NCBI GenBank assembly: GCA_963792915.1
Contig: CAWBYD010000006.1
Span: 21,224-85,223 of the forward strand
Length of the DNA: 64,000 nt
DNA from: an uncultured Solirubrobacteraceae bacterium
GTDB taxonomy: Bacteria > Actinomycetota > Thermoleophilia > Solirubrobacterales > Solirubrobacteraceae
Reading direction: 5' to 3'
This document shows, in pieces, positions 28,536-39,482 of this stretch. The notes beneath the pieces are model-generated. The model searched no databases, was not told where the DNA came from, and saw only the letters and a list, made by a program, of their open reading frames with translations. Both the position numbers and the translations under genes were made by a program. Positions within the stretch are counted from its first letter, which is position 1; each line of letters starts with the position of its first letter.

Positions 28536-30623
28536 GTGGCGCTACAAGACCTGACGGATCCGGAGGCCGTCCTCGGGGCGACGAAGGAATTTGACGCATT
28601 GGGACGCGAAGCGTTCCTCGAGAAGTATGGATTCAAGGCGTCGCGAGAGTACGTCCTGACCCTAAACGGGCGCCAGTACGATTCGAAACCCATCGTCGCA
28701 GCCGCCCACGGCCGCCAGCACCCCGACATTGGTCCGCTTCGGCACACCGAGTTCAATGGTGGTGCGCAAACAACGTCGAAGCTTCGAGGGCTTGGCTTCG
28801 AAGTCGTGCGGAGAAACGAGGCTACCGACGGTATGACGGTCGACGACCTTGGCGGACTGCTCCAACGGTTCCTCCACTCTTACGCAATGGCGAAGGGTGA
28901 GCGGTTTCGCGGCGACCACGAGGCCGGCCTGCTGCTGAAGCAAGCCGCGGAGAGGATCGCGGCAACGCTTCCCCCGGCACTCGAACGGGCCGTCGTCAAG
29001 CCGTCAGTGGGGCAGGGCAATTGGGCGGCGAGCCCCTGGATCGCCGTCCTCGATCCACGCGTCACGACAACGACACAACAAGGTGTGTATCCGGTCGTCC
29101 TAGTCCGCGACGACCTGAGTGGCCTCTACGCGACGATCGCTCAGGGCGTCACCAAGTTGAAACGGGAGCGGGGGCAAAGGGAGGCATACGATGCCCTACA
29201 TCGTCGGGCGACCGCGCTGAGACCAGTTCTCATCGACCTGCTCCCGGCCGGGTTCACGACGGGAGACGACGTCTACCTGGGAAACTCCCCGCTGTCGCGT
29301 GACTATGCCGCTTCCGTCATCGTAAGTAAGGACTTCGAGCGAGAGGGTCTGCTGAACTCCACCGTGACTCACGACCAGCGCGCGTTGAACGAGGAGTAGT
29401 ACTCCACCCTCATCGACCGTGGGCTACTCGGCGATCGTCAGGACGTCTCGTCGACTGAATCCGAGGTTCTCGCGATATACGTAGGTGCTCGAGCACAGGC
29501 GAATTTCGACGCCGGCGGCCGGCGAGGATGGTGGGGAAGGAAGCGGGCCCCGGGTGACGCCGAACACGCCAAGGTGGGAGACTTGGTCGTCTTCGCGAGC
29601 GGCTTTACTGGCGGGAACGTCCGGGTGGATGGGACGGAGTGGCAGCGCCATCGCGTCCGGCAAGTCGTGATCGGGAGAATCGACAAGGCCGCATTTCGTA
29701 CCGATGAGCCGATCATACCCGACGAACTTGCGGGCCGGGCTGAGTACCCGTCCGATCCGACTGGACTGGCCCGGAATTTCTCTTCGGCTATCCGGACGGG
29801 CTCGCCGAGCCTGTGCACGGCCGCGCCGTGTGGTCGGTCCCGGAGACCCTCGAATTCCTGCTCCGGGCACATCGAGATCCAGCGGCACCGTACGTCCTGG
29901 TGCTGGACGAGATGAACCTCGCCCATGTTGAACGGTATTTCGCCGATTTCCTGTCCGGGATTGAATCCCGCCACCCGGTGCTGCCGAATCTGGCGCTGCT
30001 CGATGACAAGTGGACGGAGCCGAGGCCTGGCGGGCGTCTGCCGCTGCCGTCAAATCTGATCGTCATCGGCACTGTCAACGTCGACGAAACGACATACATG
30101 TTCTCGCCGAAGGTGCTCGACCGCGTTCGTCCACGAGTTCCGAGTGTCCTCACACGATCTTCATCCTGACTTGCGGCGGCCGAAAGCCATTCCCGCGGCA
30201 AGCGACGACGTTCATCGCCAACTGGTTCGCCTTCTTCAGCACGACGAGTGGCAGTTCGAGCATCCCCACCCGCAGCAGGACAGTCTCGTCGAAGACATCA
30301 AGAGGGTGCATACCCAGCTTCAACGCGTGAATCTCGACTTTGGCCATCGAGTCCTCTACGAGTCGCTTCGGTTCGCGTCCGTAGCGGATGCTGTGGGTCT
30401 CGGCGACAAGAGCACCGTACTCGACTACATCGTGATGACCAAGCTTTCGCCAAAGGTTCACGGCTCACGCCAGCGCCTCGAAAGGTCTCTTCTGGCCCTC
30501 CAGGTTTGGGCTGACGGTGACCCAAAGGATGCGGGCGAGCCCCACCTGCCCCGAAGCGCGGCCAAACTCGCAAACATGGTCGAGACCTTGAAGGACGCAC
30601 AGTTCGTTACCTTCACGGAGTGA
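28536..30623 (+). pseudogene. mcrB: McrB-family AAA+ GTPase with several N-terminal reader domains, disrupted
   Basis: EFDALGREAFLEKYGF...YDSKPI head, SVGQGNWAASPWIAVLD (DUF3578), LDEMNLAHVERYFADFLS and GTVNVDETTYMFSPKVLDR. In-frame TAG at 29397, frameshifts, no Walker A visible. Confidence 0.85.
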
Positions 30624-30627
30624 GGTC

Positions 30628-31633
30628 GTGACCGTCAACATTCCGGTGCTCGACCAGGACGGTCGTTCGATCGGGCTCTTGTGCTGGCGCCACTCCCTCG
30701 AGCGAGATATGTCCCGAGCCTGACCGGTTCCGTCGGCCACGTCGTTGAGGGAGGCGTGTACCGCTTCGCAGTCATGCTGGATGAGAATCCGTCCGCCGTT
30801 CTTCTGGAGCCGGCGGAAGAACTCTTCAGCTTCGACTCGGATGCTTGCCTCACCGGCCGGTTTCAGCCAAGACAGCACGCCGGCGCCATCCGAGTGAGGG
30901 TCAGCGTTCCAAACAGTGACCTTGTGGAATTGGCTGAAATCGCGGTGGCGCCGACGAAGTTGGAGTATGCAGTCGAGTATCAACAAATGCTGGGTGATAT
31001 CGCGGCCGTCGCGACCGAGGCGCTGCTACAGGGTTTTGCGCCGGCCGCGTTAGCGTTGTCCCAAACTTCTGATGCAGTCCCAGCGCTTCTGTATCAGCGA
31101 TTTGCCTTTCTGCAGGCGGAATGGAGTCGCAAGTGCTCAAGGACGCGCTCGCTCTGATCGTCGCGCACCCACATCGAGGGTGGCATGTTGAGGGTGAGAC
31201 GCAGGCGGCAGGTCACCCCCTTCCGGCAGGCTCGCTTCTGACTCGGGAGATTGCGAAGCCGGGGCGGAGAGTCCCGACCCACTCGCGTCTCCGCGTTGCG
31301 TCTGTTCCGCTGTCGTTGGAAAGACGAACCGACGCATCGTTTGACTCCGTCGCGAATCGCTTTGTCAAGCATGCGCTCGAGCGGTGGCGATCGATCGCCC
31401 AACAACTAATAGATGTCTTGGGCGCTGCTGATCTGAACGTACCTGGCCCGGTTCGCCGCGGCCGGAGCGCCGCACGAGAACCCACCGCGCAGATCGATGG
31501 AGTGCTGGCTGCGCCACTCTTTGGACAGGTGGGGCCACTTGACGTCTTTCCCTCGGCAAACCCCGTCCCGGCTTTCGATGCAACTCGACGTCGACGACCT
31601 CTTCGCCGCAAGCCAGCGCTCTACGAGTACTGA
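30628..31633 (+). pseudogene. DUF2357/McrC-like subunit, frameshifted and truncated
   Basis: KLEYAVEYQQMLGDI, DSVANRFVKHAL, FPSANPV and LYEY. Stops before any PD-(D/E)XK domain. Confidence 0.75.
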
Positions 31634-31713
31634 ATCCCTTGAGTCTCGAAAGTCCTGCAAATGCGGCCTTCTCGACACATGTCTAGTTCCCGCAAATAGC
31701 GGGAAAAGCCGGG

Positions 31714-31757
31714 ATGGTAAGGAAGGGGTCGACGGTTCGAGTCCGTCAGAGGGCTCT
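31714..31757 (+). repeat. 3' half of tRNA-Thr(GGT), att-site copy 2
   Basis: atGGTaaggaaggggtcgacggttcgagtccgtcagagggctct with no 5' half. Direct repeat of 5027-5070. Confidence 0.85.
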
Positions 31758-31919
31758 CGACGAATGCCCTGGTAATGGGTGACTTCTGAGGCTCACGAGG
31801 CTCACGCGGTCTCGCGTCCGGGCTCGTGGGCCACGCGAAGGCGGCCATGGAAACGATCTGGAACCCGGCGGTCCAGCCAAGCCGCTGCGGCGGTCGATGC
31901 GCGGCGTACGAGAGGCCGA

Positions 31920-31952
31920 AGCCCGGTCTCCGTGCGGAGCTTGCGGAGTCAC
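31920..31952 (+). repeat. 33-bp inverted repeat, left copy
   Basis: agcccggtctccgtgcggagcttgcggagtcac is the exact reverse complement of 34256-34288. Confidence 0.9.
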
Positions 31953-32299
31953 GTTGTCCAACACGTTCGCTCGGCCCCCGAAGGTTGTGGTCTGACCCGT
32001 GACGGACCTGTCCACCCGCGCCTCCCTCGATGCCCGGTGTTCGCCCGGGCATGCCGATCTGTCGCGGCCGGGAACCGGTGGGGAGCTGGCGGCTTCCTGG
32101 GTGCGATGCAGCTGCGGCGATCGTGAGTGCGTTGGCTGGGGAGCGCGATCCGCTCTGCGGCCCCGTTCTCGGCCTGCTTGGCGACGGCGTGGCCTTCTCC
32201 GTCTCGATCCGTGTGTCCGTGGTGTGCACGCGGCGGGCTTGACCCGCACTCGCGGCGGAGCCGAGTTGACCAGCTCATCAGCGGAGACGGGTGGTGGAG

Positions 32300-32851
32300 C
32301 TACTGCGGGGCACGTCCGATACGCAGAGCGTCGAGCGCCAAGCGTCCGTCGGTCCGCAGCGTAGGACCGCGGCGCTTTTCTTGGAAGCGAAGTGGCACGA
32401 GATTGAGCACGCCGACGACCCCGGCCAGCGTGGCGGCCCAGAGCAGGTCATGGAGCGCCCCCGTCGTCGAGGCGGCGGAGAGCGCCAAGGCGGTGACCAT
32501 CGTTCCGGCGAGCGACGCGGCTGGGCCGGCGAGGGCGATGAGTAGCACGTCTCGCGCTGTCGCACGGGACCCGTCGAACTCGGCCACGCCCGCGACCCTC
32601 GCGGGATGCGAAAGAGCGTTGATCGACAGCGCGATCTGGCCGAGGCGCATTTCGGCGAGCTTTCCTGCGCTGCCGACGGACACCTGCACGTTGACGTCGA
32701 GAAGGCGACGGGCAGCGATGGCATGCCCGAGCTCGTGCAGCAGGGTCACTGGTATCGCGGTGATCATCAGGAAGATCAATGACGCGACCAGGCCGGGACC
32801 GGAGTCCATGAAGCGGACGATCGCGTCCGCAAGGTTGTAAAGCAGCTCCAC
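32300..32851 (-). CDS. M50-family (site-2 protease-like) membrane metallopeptidase
   Basis: LLHELGH, IALAGPAAS and LNLVP...TDG with hydrophobic segments. Confidence 0.85.
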   Translation of the reverse strand: MELLYNLADAIVRFMDSGPGLVASLIFLMITAIPVTLLHELGHAIAARRLLDVNVQVSVGSAGKLAEMRLGQIALSINALSHPARVAGVAEFDGSRATARDVLLIALAGPAASLAGTMVTALALSAASTTGALHDLLWAATLAGVVGVLNLVPLRFQEKRRGPTLRTDGRLALDALRIGRAPQ

Positions 32852-33299
32852 CGTTCCTGCATCGGCGTGGCCCCGCTGGGTCTGAAGGGAGCGCCGGCCG
32901 CCGCGTCGCGCGCGTGGAGCGCCAATGTCGATGGGGACGCGCGCCACGGCTGATGCGTGACGGTGCTCGTGCGGACGTGAGACTGTGCCGCGGGCAGCCA
33001 GCGGTCGCGACGAGAGGCACCGGCCCTGGTGACGTCAGCGGCGGCGGCGTAAAGGCGGCCCCGGGCGGCCAAACGACGAGGAACGCCTGGCGTCAGCACA
33101 AGCGGTGAACTCGCCAATCGACGCGGCGTCTCACCACATCGAGCTCGCGCGCCCTAACTCTGACGCCGCGCGCGTGCGCCACGGCGCGATCGTCCCGGCC
33201 GCGTCGGCGACCAGTTCACGGCTGGACAGCTGCCGCGGCCGACAGCGAAAGCGGGCATCGAAGGGGGGCGTGGACGGGAGGGTGCGCGACCGGTTCTGA

Positions 33300-34030
33300 C
33301 CATGACCGGCAGTCGGCGTCGAGCAGGGGCCGCGGAGCCGGTCGGAGCTGGTAGAAGACGGCGACGCGGATCCCGTCGGGGTGAGGATGTAGGTGGCTGC
33401 GCGGCAGCGTGGATGAGGCCGTGTAGGCGTAGGCGGCGCAGGTCGTAGCTCACGGTGGCGGAGCGGGGGCGAGGTGCGGCGACGAGCCGCGAAGGCGTGG
33501 GGAAAGCCGGTGACGGCGGGCAGGAGTGGCAGAGGGCGCGGAGAGCAGGCGCGTGAGCCGAAGCGCAGCGCGGGGTGGGCCGAGGCAGGGCGGGGAGCGC
33601 AAAGAGCGCAGAGCGAGGCACAGCCGAGGCAGCCGAGAGCAGCGCGGGACGGCGCGGGCGGCGACAGCGGGCAGGTGAGGCGGGCGCGGACGTGATGTGG
33701 CGGGCGGAGAGGTCGAGCAGCGCGCGGCGGGAGGACGCGACGCGGCGGCGTAGCGGAAGGAGCGCACTCGGTGCGGTGCGAACAGCGCGTGCGTAGGTGG
33801 CGCGTCGGTGCCGCAGCGGGCGCCGAACACGAGCGCGACCGCCGGGGCGGCGAGCGAGGTCGGCACGAGCGCCAAAGAAGGCCGGGCGCGGGCGGGGAGC
33901 ACGAGCGTGCGGCGACCTCGACCTGGCGCACGAGAGCCACGTGCGGCGGCACGGCCACGCGTGAACGGCGTCGGCGCGCGACCAGCGACAAAGAACCGCA
34001 CGTGCACGGGACCGAAGCTGTCGCAGACGA
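33300..34030 (-). pseudogene. Badly degraded or low-quality remnant of an IS-like transposase family with a C-terminal wHTH
   Basis: Recognisable fragments in shifting frames: QVEV, RTLV, SYDLRRLRLHGLI, YILT, DGIRVAVFY and PLLDAD. Confidence 0.55.
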
Positions 34031-34032
34031 CG

Positions 34033-34222
<190 letters not shown>

Positions 34223-34255
34223 AAAAGAGAAGCCGCTAGCGAGGTGTCGGAGAAG

Positions 34256-34288
34256 GTGACTCCGCAAGCTCCGCACGGAGACCGGGCT
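34256..34288 (-). repeat. 33-bp inverted repeat, right copy
   Basis: gtgactccgcaagctccgcacggagaccgggct. Confidence 0.9.
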
Positions 34289-34371
34289 GCGCCCTTCCAT
34301 CCCCAACGGCGCGACCGCTCACCGCACGGCCGCAGAGCCAGTCCCCGCGAGTCATATGGCTACCGTATGGT

Positions 34372-34614
34372 ATGGCGCGAACCCCGACGCTCGTACAACT
34401 CTCCGAGGAGTTGCTCGAGCGACTCGATGCCTACCGAGCTCGTGTGGGGCGGTCGCGCTCCGACGTCGTGCGCGAAGCGATCGAGAAGTACCTGGCGGCC
34501 GATCGAGAAGCAGAGATCGATCGGCGTCTTGCCGAGGCCTACGCGCGCCGGCCGCGCGAAGACGTCTGGAGCGAACAAGCGGCCAGGCAGATGATCTCCG
34601 CGGAGCCGTGGTGA
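34372..34614 (+). CDS. RHH/CopG antitoxin
   Basis: TLVQLSEELLERLD...SRSDVVREAIEKYL. GTGA overlap with the toxin. Confidence 0.85.
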   Translation: MARTPTLVQLSEELLERLDAYRARVGRSRSDVVREAIEKYLAADREAEIDRRLAEAYARRPREDVWSEQAARQMISAEPW

Positions 34615-34919
34615 ACCGCGGCGAGGTGTGGTGGGTCGAGCACCCGGACGCCGGCCGACGCCCCGCCTGCGTGCTCACTCGCCAGGCCGCCGTTCCGATC
34701 CTCAACGCGCTGCTGGTCGCACCCGCCACGCGGACCATTCGCGGCATCCCGACGGAAGTCTGCCTGACCAAAGATGACGGCATGCCCGAGGACTGCGCGC
34801 TCAGCTTCGACAACCTCACCACGGCCCCGAAGTCGTTGCTCACGAGCCGCATCATCATCCTGCCGGACGCCCGACTCCCCGAGTTGTCCAGCGCACTGCG
34901 CGCCGCCACCGGCTGCTGA
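34611..34919 (+). CDS. mazF: PemK/MazF family toxin
   Basis: NRGEVWW...RRPACVLTR...VAPATRTIRGIPTEV...SFDNL. Confidence 0.9.
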   Translation: MNRGEVWWVEHPDAGRRPACVLTRQAAVPILNALLVAPATRTIRGIPTEVCLTKDDGMPEDCALSFDNLTTAPKSLLTSRIIILPDARLPELSSALRAATGC

Positions 34920-35560
34920 AACGGCCTCCGCGCCCGACCCGGTGACAACGCCGGCCTTGGAAGGTATCCCCGCGCGAGTCGGCAAGCTTCTTGAGCCATT
35001 CCAGTCGGTGGCGCGGAGCGTTGCCGAGGCCCTTGACCTCGACTCCGACGACCTCACCGCGGTTGTTCTCGAGTACGACGTCGACGTCTTCGCGGTCGCG
35101 CTGGTACTGGTCGATGCGGGGCTGTTGCTCAGACCACGACGCGTCTTGAGTAGTTCGCCGACGACGAATGTCTCGCACGGCTTGCCGGTCAGCTGATCGT
35201 CGTCGGCGATCCACTCGTCGTCGGCTCCCAAGACATGCGCGAGCAGACCGCTGTCGCAGACGTAGAGCTTCGGCGTTGCGGCCTCGCGCGGCCGAGTGCC
35301 GGCCGCCACGCCGGGAGGCGTGTGACGAGGAACATCTGTTCGAACAGCGCCGCGTACGCCTGGACCATGTCGTGGTGCGTGCCGACATGCGGCAGCTGAG
35401 GAGGTTCGCCGACTGCGCGGCCAGCAGTCGCAACAGCCGTGCGGCGTCGTCATGCGACGGACGTCGGCCGGCTCGGCGAAGTCGCGCGCGAGGGTCGCGG
35501 CGACGTAGTTCGCGAACCAGCGGTCGCGCAGTCGTCCGGCAGGACGGGGCCGCGCTTCGG
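34920..35560 (-). pseudogene. Second AAA_14/DUF4143 remnant (C-terminal part)
   Basis: TPKLYVCDSGLLAH, ETFVVGELLK and DVDVVLENNRGEVVGVEVK. Confidence 0.7.
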
Positions 35561-35620
35561 ATAGCCGCTCTCAGAGACCGCATGCACGAATGCGGACCGG
35601 CCCACCGGGGCGCCGCTGCC

Positions 35621-36079
35621 TCATGCCCACAGGCAAGTTCGGCCGCCTGCGCGAGATCGGCAAGAACGGCGTTCGTCGTGCGCTCGATCAGCTTCGACGC
35701 CCGATCGATATCGGCCGCTGGGGTCGACGAGCACGCTCAGGCCCATCCGGCGTCCAGGAGCTGCTCGGTGAAAGCCTGGACATGGGATTGGGGCCGGCGT
35801 GTGTGCGTTCCACGCCGCTCGGCGTTCTTGGCCAGCAACACGTAGCTCGCGAGCCACGCGAAACTGGTTTCCGTCCACCAACGGCCGATGGCGAGCCAAC
35901 GAGTGCAGCAGCGCGGCCACCTTGCTCATCAGCTCCGGGTACGCGTCCTGGCCGAGAACGCGCGCCCGCGGCCGGTAAACCGCCGCATCGAGCAGCCCGA
36001 GATCGCGCACGCCTACAGCGCCGCCGACCGCGAACCGCGCGATCCGCAACGCCTGCTCGGTCGTGAGATAGCGAGTCAC
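35621..36079 (-). pseudogene. doc: Doc/Fic toxin, 3' part frameshifted
   Basis: YLTTEQAL...VRDLGLLDAAVYRP...KVAALLHSLARHRPLVDGN. Confidence 0.75.
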
Positions 36080-36278
36080 GCGCCGAGTCGGCGCAACAAC
36101 CCCGCGAACCGCTCCGCACCCCGTTCGGCGAGCCGGTCGCTCAGTTCAACGTCCGCGGCACAGAACAGGTACCCATCAACGGCCGCAAGGGCGACCTGCT
36201 GCATGCTCCGCCCTCCTTCTCGGCCCGCAGCCGCAGCGCCTCGGTCTGCTCGTCGCTCAATCTGAGCGTCATCGCCAC
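36076..36278 (-). pseudogene. RHH antitoxin of Doc with a single -1 frameshift
   Basis: MAMTLRLSDEQTEALRLRAEKEG/SMQQVALAAVDGYL...RFAGLLRRLG. One base missing near 36210. Confidence 0.7.
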
Positions 36279-36296
36279 GGTATCGAAACGATACCG
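36278..36296. promoter_or_regulatory. Perfect palindrome, probable TA operator
   Basis: CGGTATCG-AAA-CGATACCG touching the antitoxin start. Confidence 0.6.
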
Positions 36297-36392
36297 CGCG
36301 ACGTTGACGAAGCTAACCGGACTCTCACAGAAAACACGTGGTTCACATCCGGTGGACTTATCGGCGATCGGCTGAGAAGATCGATCTCAGCC

Positions 36393-38243
36393 ATGAAGCG
36401 ATCCGTGTCCCTGCTGGTGCTGTTGCTCGCGTGGCTCGCGACCGCGCCGCCCGCCGCCTTCGCCGCCCCGCCGACGATCGCCGCGGCGCCGACGCTCAAT
36501 CCGGTCGCCGGCACGAGCGCCGCCGGCGGCGGCAACGGGATCGACTACTACCGCGTCGCCCTGCACGGCGGCGACAAGCTGCAACTGAATGTCAACCCGT
36601 CGGGGTCGTCCGAATATGAGTTCGACCTGTACGCGCCCGGAACGAGCGACTCGTCGTTCACACAATCTTCGCCGGTCGACGCGGCCACCACCAATCCACC
36701 TTACGGAAATTCACCGCAGGTGGTGACGGTGCAGGCGCCCTATTCCGGCACATTCGTCCTGGCCGCATGCTCACCCACCGACGCGTTGAACGACGGCGGA
36801 GACTGCCGCCAGGCCGTCACCAATCCGCGCAACGTCGTCAGCCCGATGAGCGCCTACGGCGTTTCACCGTCGCTGGTCGACGGCGGCGTCTCCCCAGCCT
36901 GCGCGTCCTCCCAGACGCCCGCGGGACCGACGATCTCCGCCGCGGGGATGGTCTCCGTAGGCTCCTGCGAGGCGGGTGGCGGCCACGCGATCGACTTCTG
37001 GGGCGTCAAGCTCAACGGCGGCGACCAGCTTCAGCTCACCGTCGCGCCGCCCGTCGGGATCGGCGCGCTCGAGTTCGAGCTCTACGGGGATGGGACGTCG
37101 GATGCCACGTTCACCCAGAGGCCGCCGGTGGATGTGGCGAGCGCGTCCGCGTACGGCGCGGGCGGCACCGACCAGGTGATCACGCTGCAGGCTCCGTACA
37201 CCGGCACGTTTGTGCTGGCCGTCTGCGCGCCGGTCAGCGCCTTCGGCAGCGGCAGCGACTGCCGCGCGATCGAAACCGGCGGCGCCCGCAACTTCACCGT
37301 CCCGATTCCGCCCTACACGTACTCGACGGCGCTCGTGGGCGGCGGAGTGAGCGCACAATGCGCGTCGAGTGAGACGCGCGCGACGGCGACGATCAACGGC
37401 GCACCGGGCATCACGTCGGGCGCGTGCGAGGCCGGCGGCGGCGGCGCGATCGACTTCTGGGGCGTCGCGCTGAATGCGGGCGACCAGGTGCAGCTGGCGG
37501 TCTCGCCGCCCGATGTGGCAGGCGTCGAATTCGACCTCTACGCACCGGGCACGACGGATACCTCGTTCACCCAGACGGCGCCGGTCGATTCCGACACGGT
37601 TTCGGGCGGAGCGGCGGGGAAGGCGACACTGACCGCCACCGTCGCGGGGACCTACGTGCTGGCGGTCTGCGAGCCCGCGGCGGCGGGAACCTCGTCCGAC
37701 TGCCGCGCGATCCGGACCGGCGGCGGCCGCGACTTCCAGCTGCCGATGCGGCCCTACACGTTCGGCCCGGTCACCAGCCCGGCCGGCACCGACGCGAACG
37801 GCGGGGACACGTCGAGCGGCTTCGGCGACTTCGGCGGGTACGGCGGGTATGGCGACGGCACCGGGTACGGCGGCTCGTCGAGCAGCACCCTCAAGCTCTC
37901 AAGGCAAACCCTGTCGGTATCGAAGAAGCACACGATCTCCGTCACGCTCAAGTGCACCGGCGTCTCGTGCTCGGGCAAGCTCAAGCTGACGGCCGTGGAG
38001 AAGACGACCTCGGGCAAGGGCTCGAAGCGAAAGACGGTCAAGAAGACCGTGACGGTCGGCTCGGAGACCTTCTACGTCTTCGACACCGCCAAGGTGCTGA
38101 TCACGCTCAACGCCACGGGCCTCAAGCTCCTCAAGCACAACCACGGCAAGCTCTCGGTCACGGCCACCGCGTCCTACGACCCAGGGACGGGCAGGAACAC
38201 GGCCTCCGCCCACGCCACGCTCTCGCTGCGTGGCAAAGTCTGA
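36393..38243 (+). CDS. Secreted protein with three PPC-like repeats and a basic C-terminal beta domain
   Basis: Signal peptide. Three copies of GGG-x2-ID[YF][YW]-V-L-GD-LQL-EF[DE]LY-GT-D-FTQ. Gly/Tyr linker and Lys-rich tail. Confidence 0.8.
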   Translation: MKRSVSLLVLLLAWLATAPPAAFAAPPTIAAAPTLNPVAGTSAAGGGNGIDYYRVALHGGDKLQLNVNPSGSSEYEFDLYAPGTSDSSFTQSSPVDAATTNPPYGNSPQVVTVQAPYSGTFVLAACSPTDALNDGGDCRQAVTNPRNVVSPMSAYGVSPSLVDGGVSPACASSQTPAGPTISAAGMVSVGSCEAGGGHAIDFWGVKLNGGDQLQLTVAPPVGIGALEFELYGDGTSDATFTQRPPVDVASASAYGAGGTDQVITLQAPYTGTFVLAVCAPVSAFGSGSDCRAIETGGARNFTVPIPPYTYSTALVGGGVSAQCASSETRATATINGAPGITSGACEAGGGGAIDFWGVALNAGDQVQLAVSPPDVAGVEFDLYAPGTTDTSFTQTAPVDSDTVSGGAAGKATLTATVAGTYVLAVCEPAAAGTSSDCRAIRTGGGRDFQLPMRPYTFGPVTSPAGTDANGGDTSSGFGDFGGYGGYGDGTGYGGSSSSTLKLSRQTLSVSKKHTISVTLKCTGVSCSGKLKLTAVEKTTSGKGSKRKTVKKTVTVGSETFYVFDTAKVLITLNATGLKLLKHNHGKLSVTATASYDPGTGRNTASAHATLSLRGKV

Positions 38244-38414
38244 TCGGCGCGCTACTGGCCACCGGACGGCCTGCCACCCTGAACGTGGACTCCTCGCCAG
38301 GGTCGGTCTCGCGAGCCGGAGCACCGACGCGCGGCGGCCGCGACGATGCGATCGCCACCGGCTCGCGCGCGGCCTGCTTGACCGGCCTTGGCCGACGTGG
38401 GACCGTCGCCAGCG

Positions 38415-38879
38415 ATGGACGCCGCGATGCATCGCACGCTGGTCGTGGCCAACCGCACCGCGCAGACCCCGGTCCTGCTTCAACAGGTCGACCGTCGCGC
38501 TGCCGCCCGCCCGACCTGGTTCACGTTGCTCGTCCCCGACACGTCGAGCAAGCGCGCCGATTGGACGCTGCACGAGGCGCTCAAGGAAGTTCGGAAGGCG
38601 GCTCTCGGGCCCATGGGGCTGAGACGGGCGCACGTGGACGGTCTGGTCGGCGGCAAGGACGCGTTCGAGTCCGTGAGGCGAGCGCTCGAGTTGGGCACGT
38701 TCGATGACGTTCTGATCTCGACCCTCCCCGCGCAGGACTCAGTCTGGTTGCGAGACGAGCTGCCGCGTGACGTAGCGCTGCTCGGCGTGGAAGTGACCGT
38801 CATCACGCCGCCGCGGCCGGCGCGCAACCGGCTCGCGCGCTTTCTCCTGCCGGATCGGCCGGACGGCCGAGACGGCTGA
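38415..38879 (+). CDS. USP-like alpha/beta hypothetical protein
   Basis: LVVANRTA...FTLLVP...FDDVLISTLP...SVWLR. Confidence 0.7.
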   Translation: MDAAMHRTLVVANRTAQTPVLLQQVDRRAAARPTWFTLLVPDTSSKRADWTLHEALKEVRKAALGPMGLRRAHVDGLVGGKDAFESVRRALELGTFDDVLISTLPAQDSVWLRDELPRDVALLGVEVTVITPPRPARNRLARFLLPDRPDGRDG

Positions 38880-39023
38880 ATTCGCTCTGTCGCACGCCGA
38901 CGAGGCGGCTCCGCGGCGTGCTCGAGGAGCCGCGCGATCTTCGCCGTCGTGATGGTGGAGAATCGATCGGCCGTCGCGGTAGGCGAGCGGGGGATGGCGA
39001 GCAACCACCGGACCGGAGCGAAC

Positions 39024-39482
39024 ATGACGAGCTTCAGCGTGAAGACCATCGATCCCCGTCCGGCCGCGGTGGTCCGCGCCGAGGTCCCGCTGAGCGAGCT
39101 TTCGACCGTGTTCGACCGCGGCTTCCCCGAGGTGATGCGGGTGGCGCAGGCGCAGGGCATCGCGATCACGGGCCCGCCGTTCGGCTTCTACCCGCGGATG
39201 CCCACCGACACCGTGGAAGTCGTGGCCGGGTTCCCGGTCTCGGCGCCGATCACGCCGGACGGCGACGTGACCTCGTTCGAGTTGCCCGGCGGCCGGGTGG
39301 TCACGGGTCTCCACGTCGGTCCGTACGACGCGCTCCCGGAGTCCTACCGCCAGCTCACCGACTGGGCGGTGGGCGAGGGTCACAGGCTCGCCGATCACAT
39401 GTGGGAGTCCTACCTCACCGATCCGCGGACCCAGCCGGATCCCGGGACGTGGCAGACCGAGATCAGCTGGCCGCTCGCCTGA
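39024..39482 (+). CDS. GyrI-like small-molecule-binding protein
   Basis: ELPGGRVVTGLHVGPYD...WESYLTDP. Confidence 0.85.
   Translation: MTSFSVKTIDPRPAAVVRAEVPLSELSTVFDRGFPEVMRVAQAQGIAITGPPFGFYPRMPTDTVEVVAGFPVSAPITPDGDVTSFELPGGRVVTGLHVGPYDALPESYRQLTDWAVGEGHRLADHMWESYLTDPRTQPDPGTWQTEISWPLA

Larger units (their letters stand above)
22922..31757. mobile_element. Decayed integrative mobilizable element (int-xis-MobF plus cargo), bounded on the right by the tRNA-Thr att
   Basis: Backbone genes, visibly lower-GC cargo at 27750-31700 and the att at 31714-31757. The left boundary is uncertain and may be 5070. Confidence 0.6.

Noticed and set aside
29397..29399. Stop-codon recoding (amber read-through) in mcrB
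   Set aside because: The same gene has frameshifts and deletions, and TAG ends other genes normally. A nonsense mutation or base error is simpler.
38661..38675. GTTCGAGTCCG as a tRNA-like motif
   Set aside because: Lies inside a coding frame (AFESVR); coincidental.
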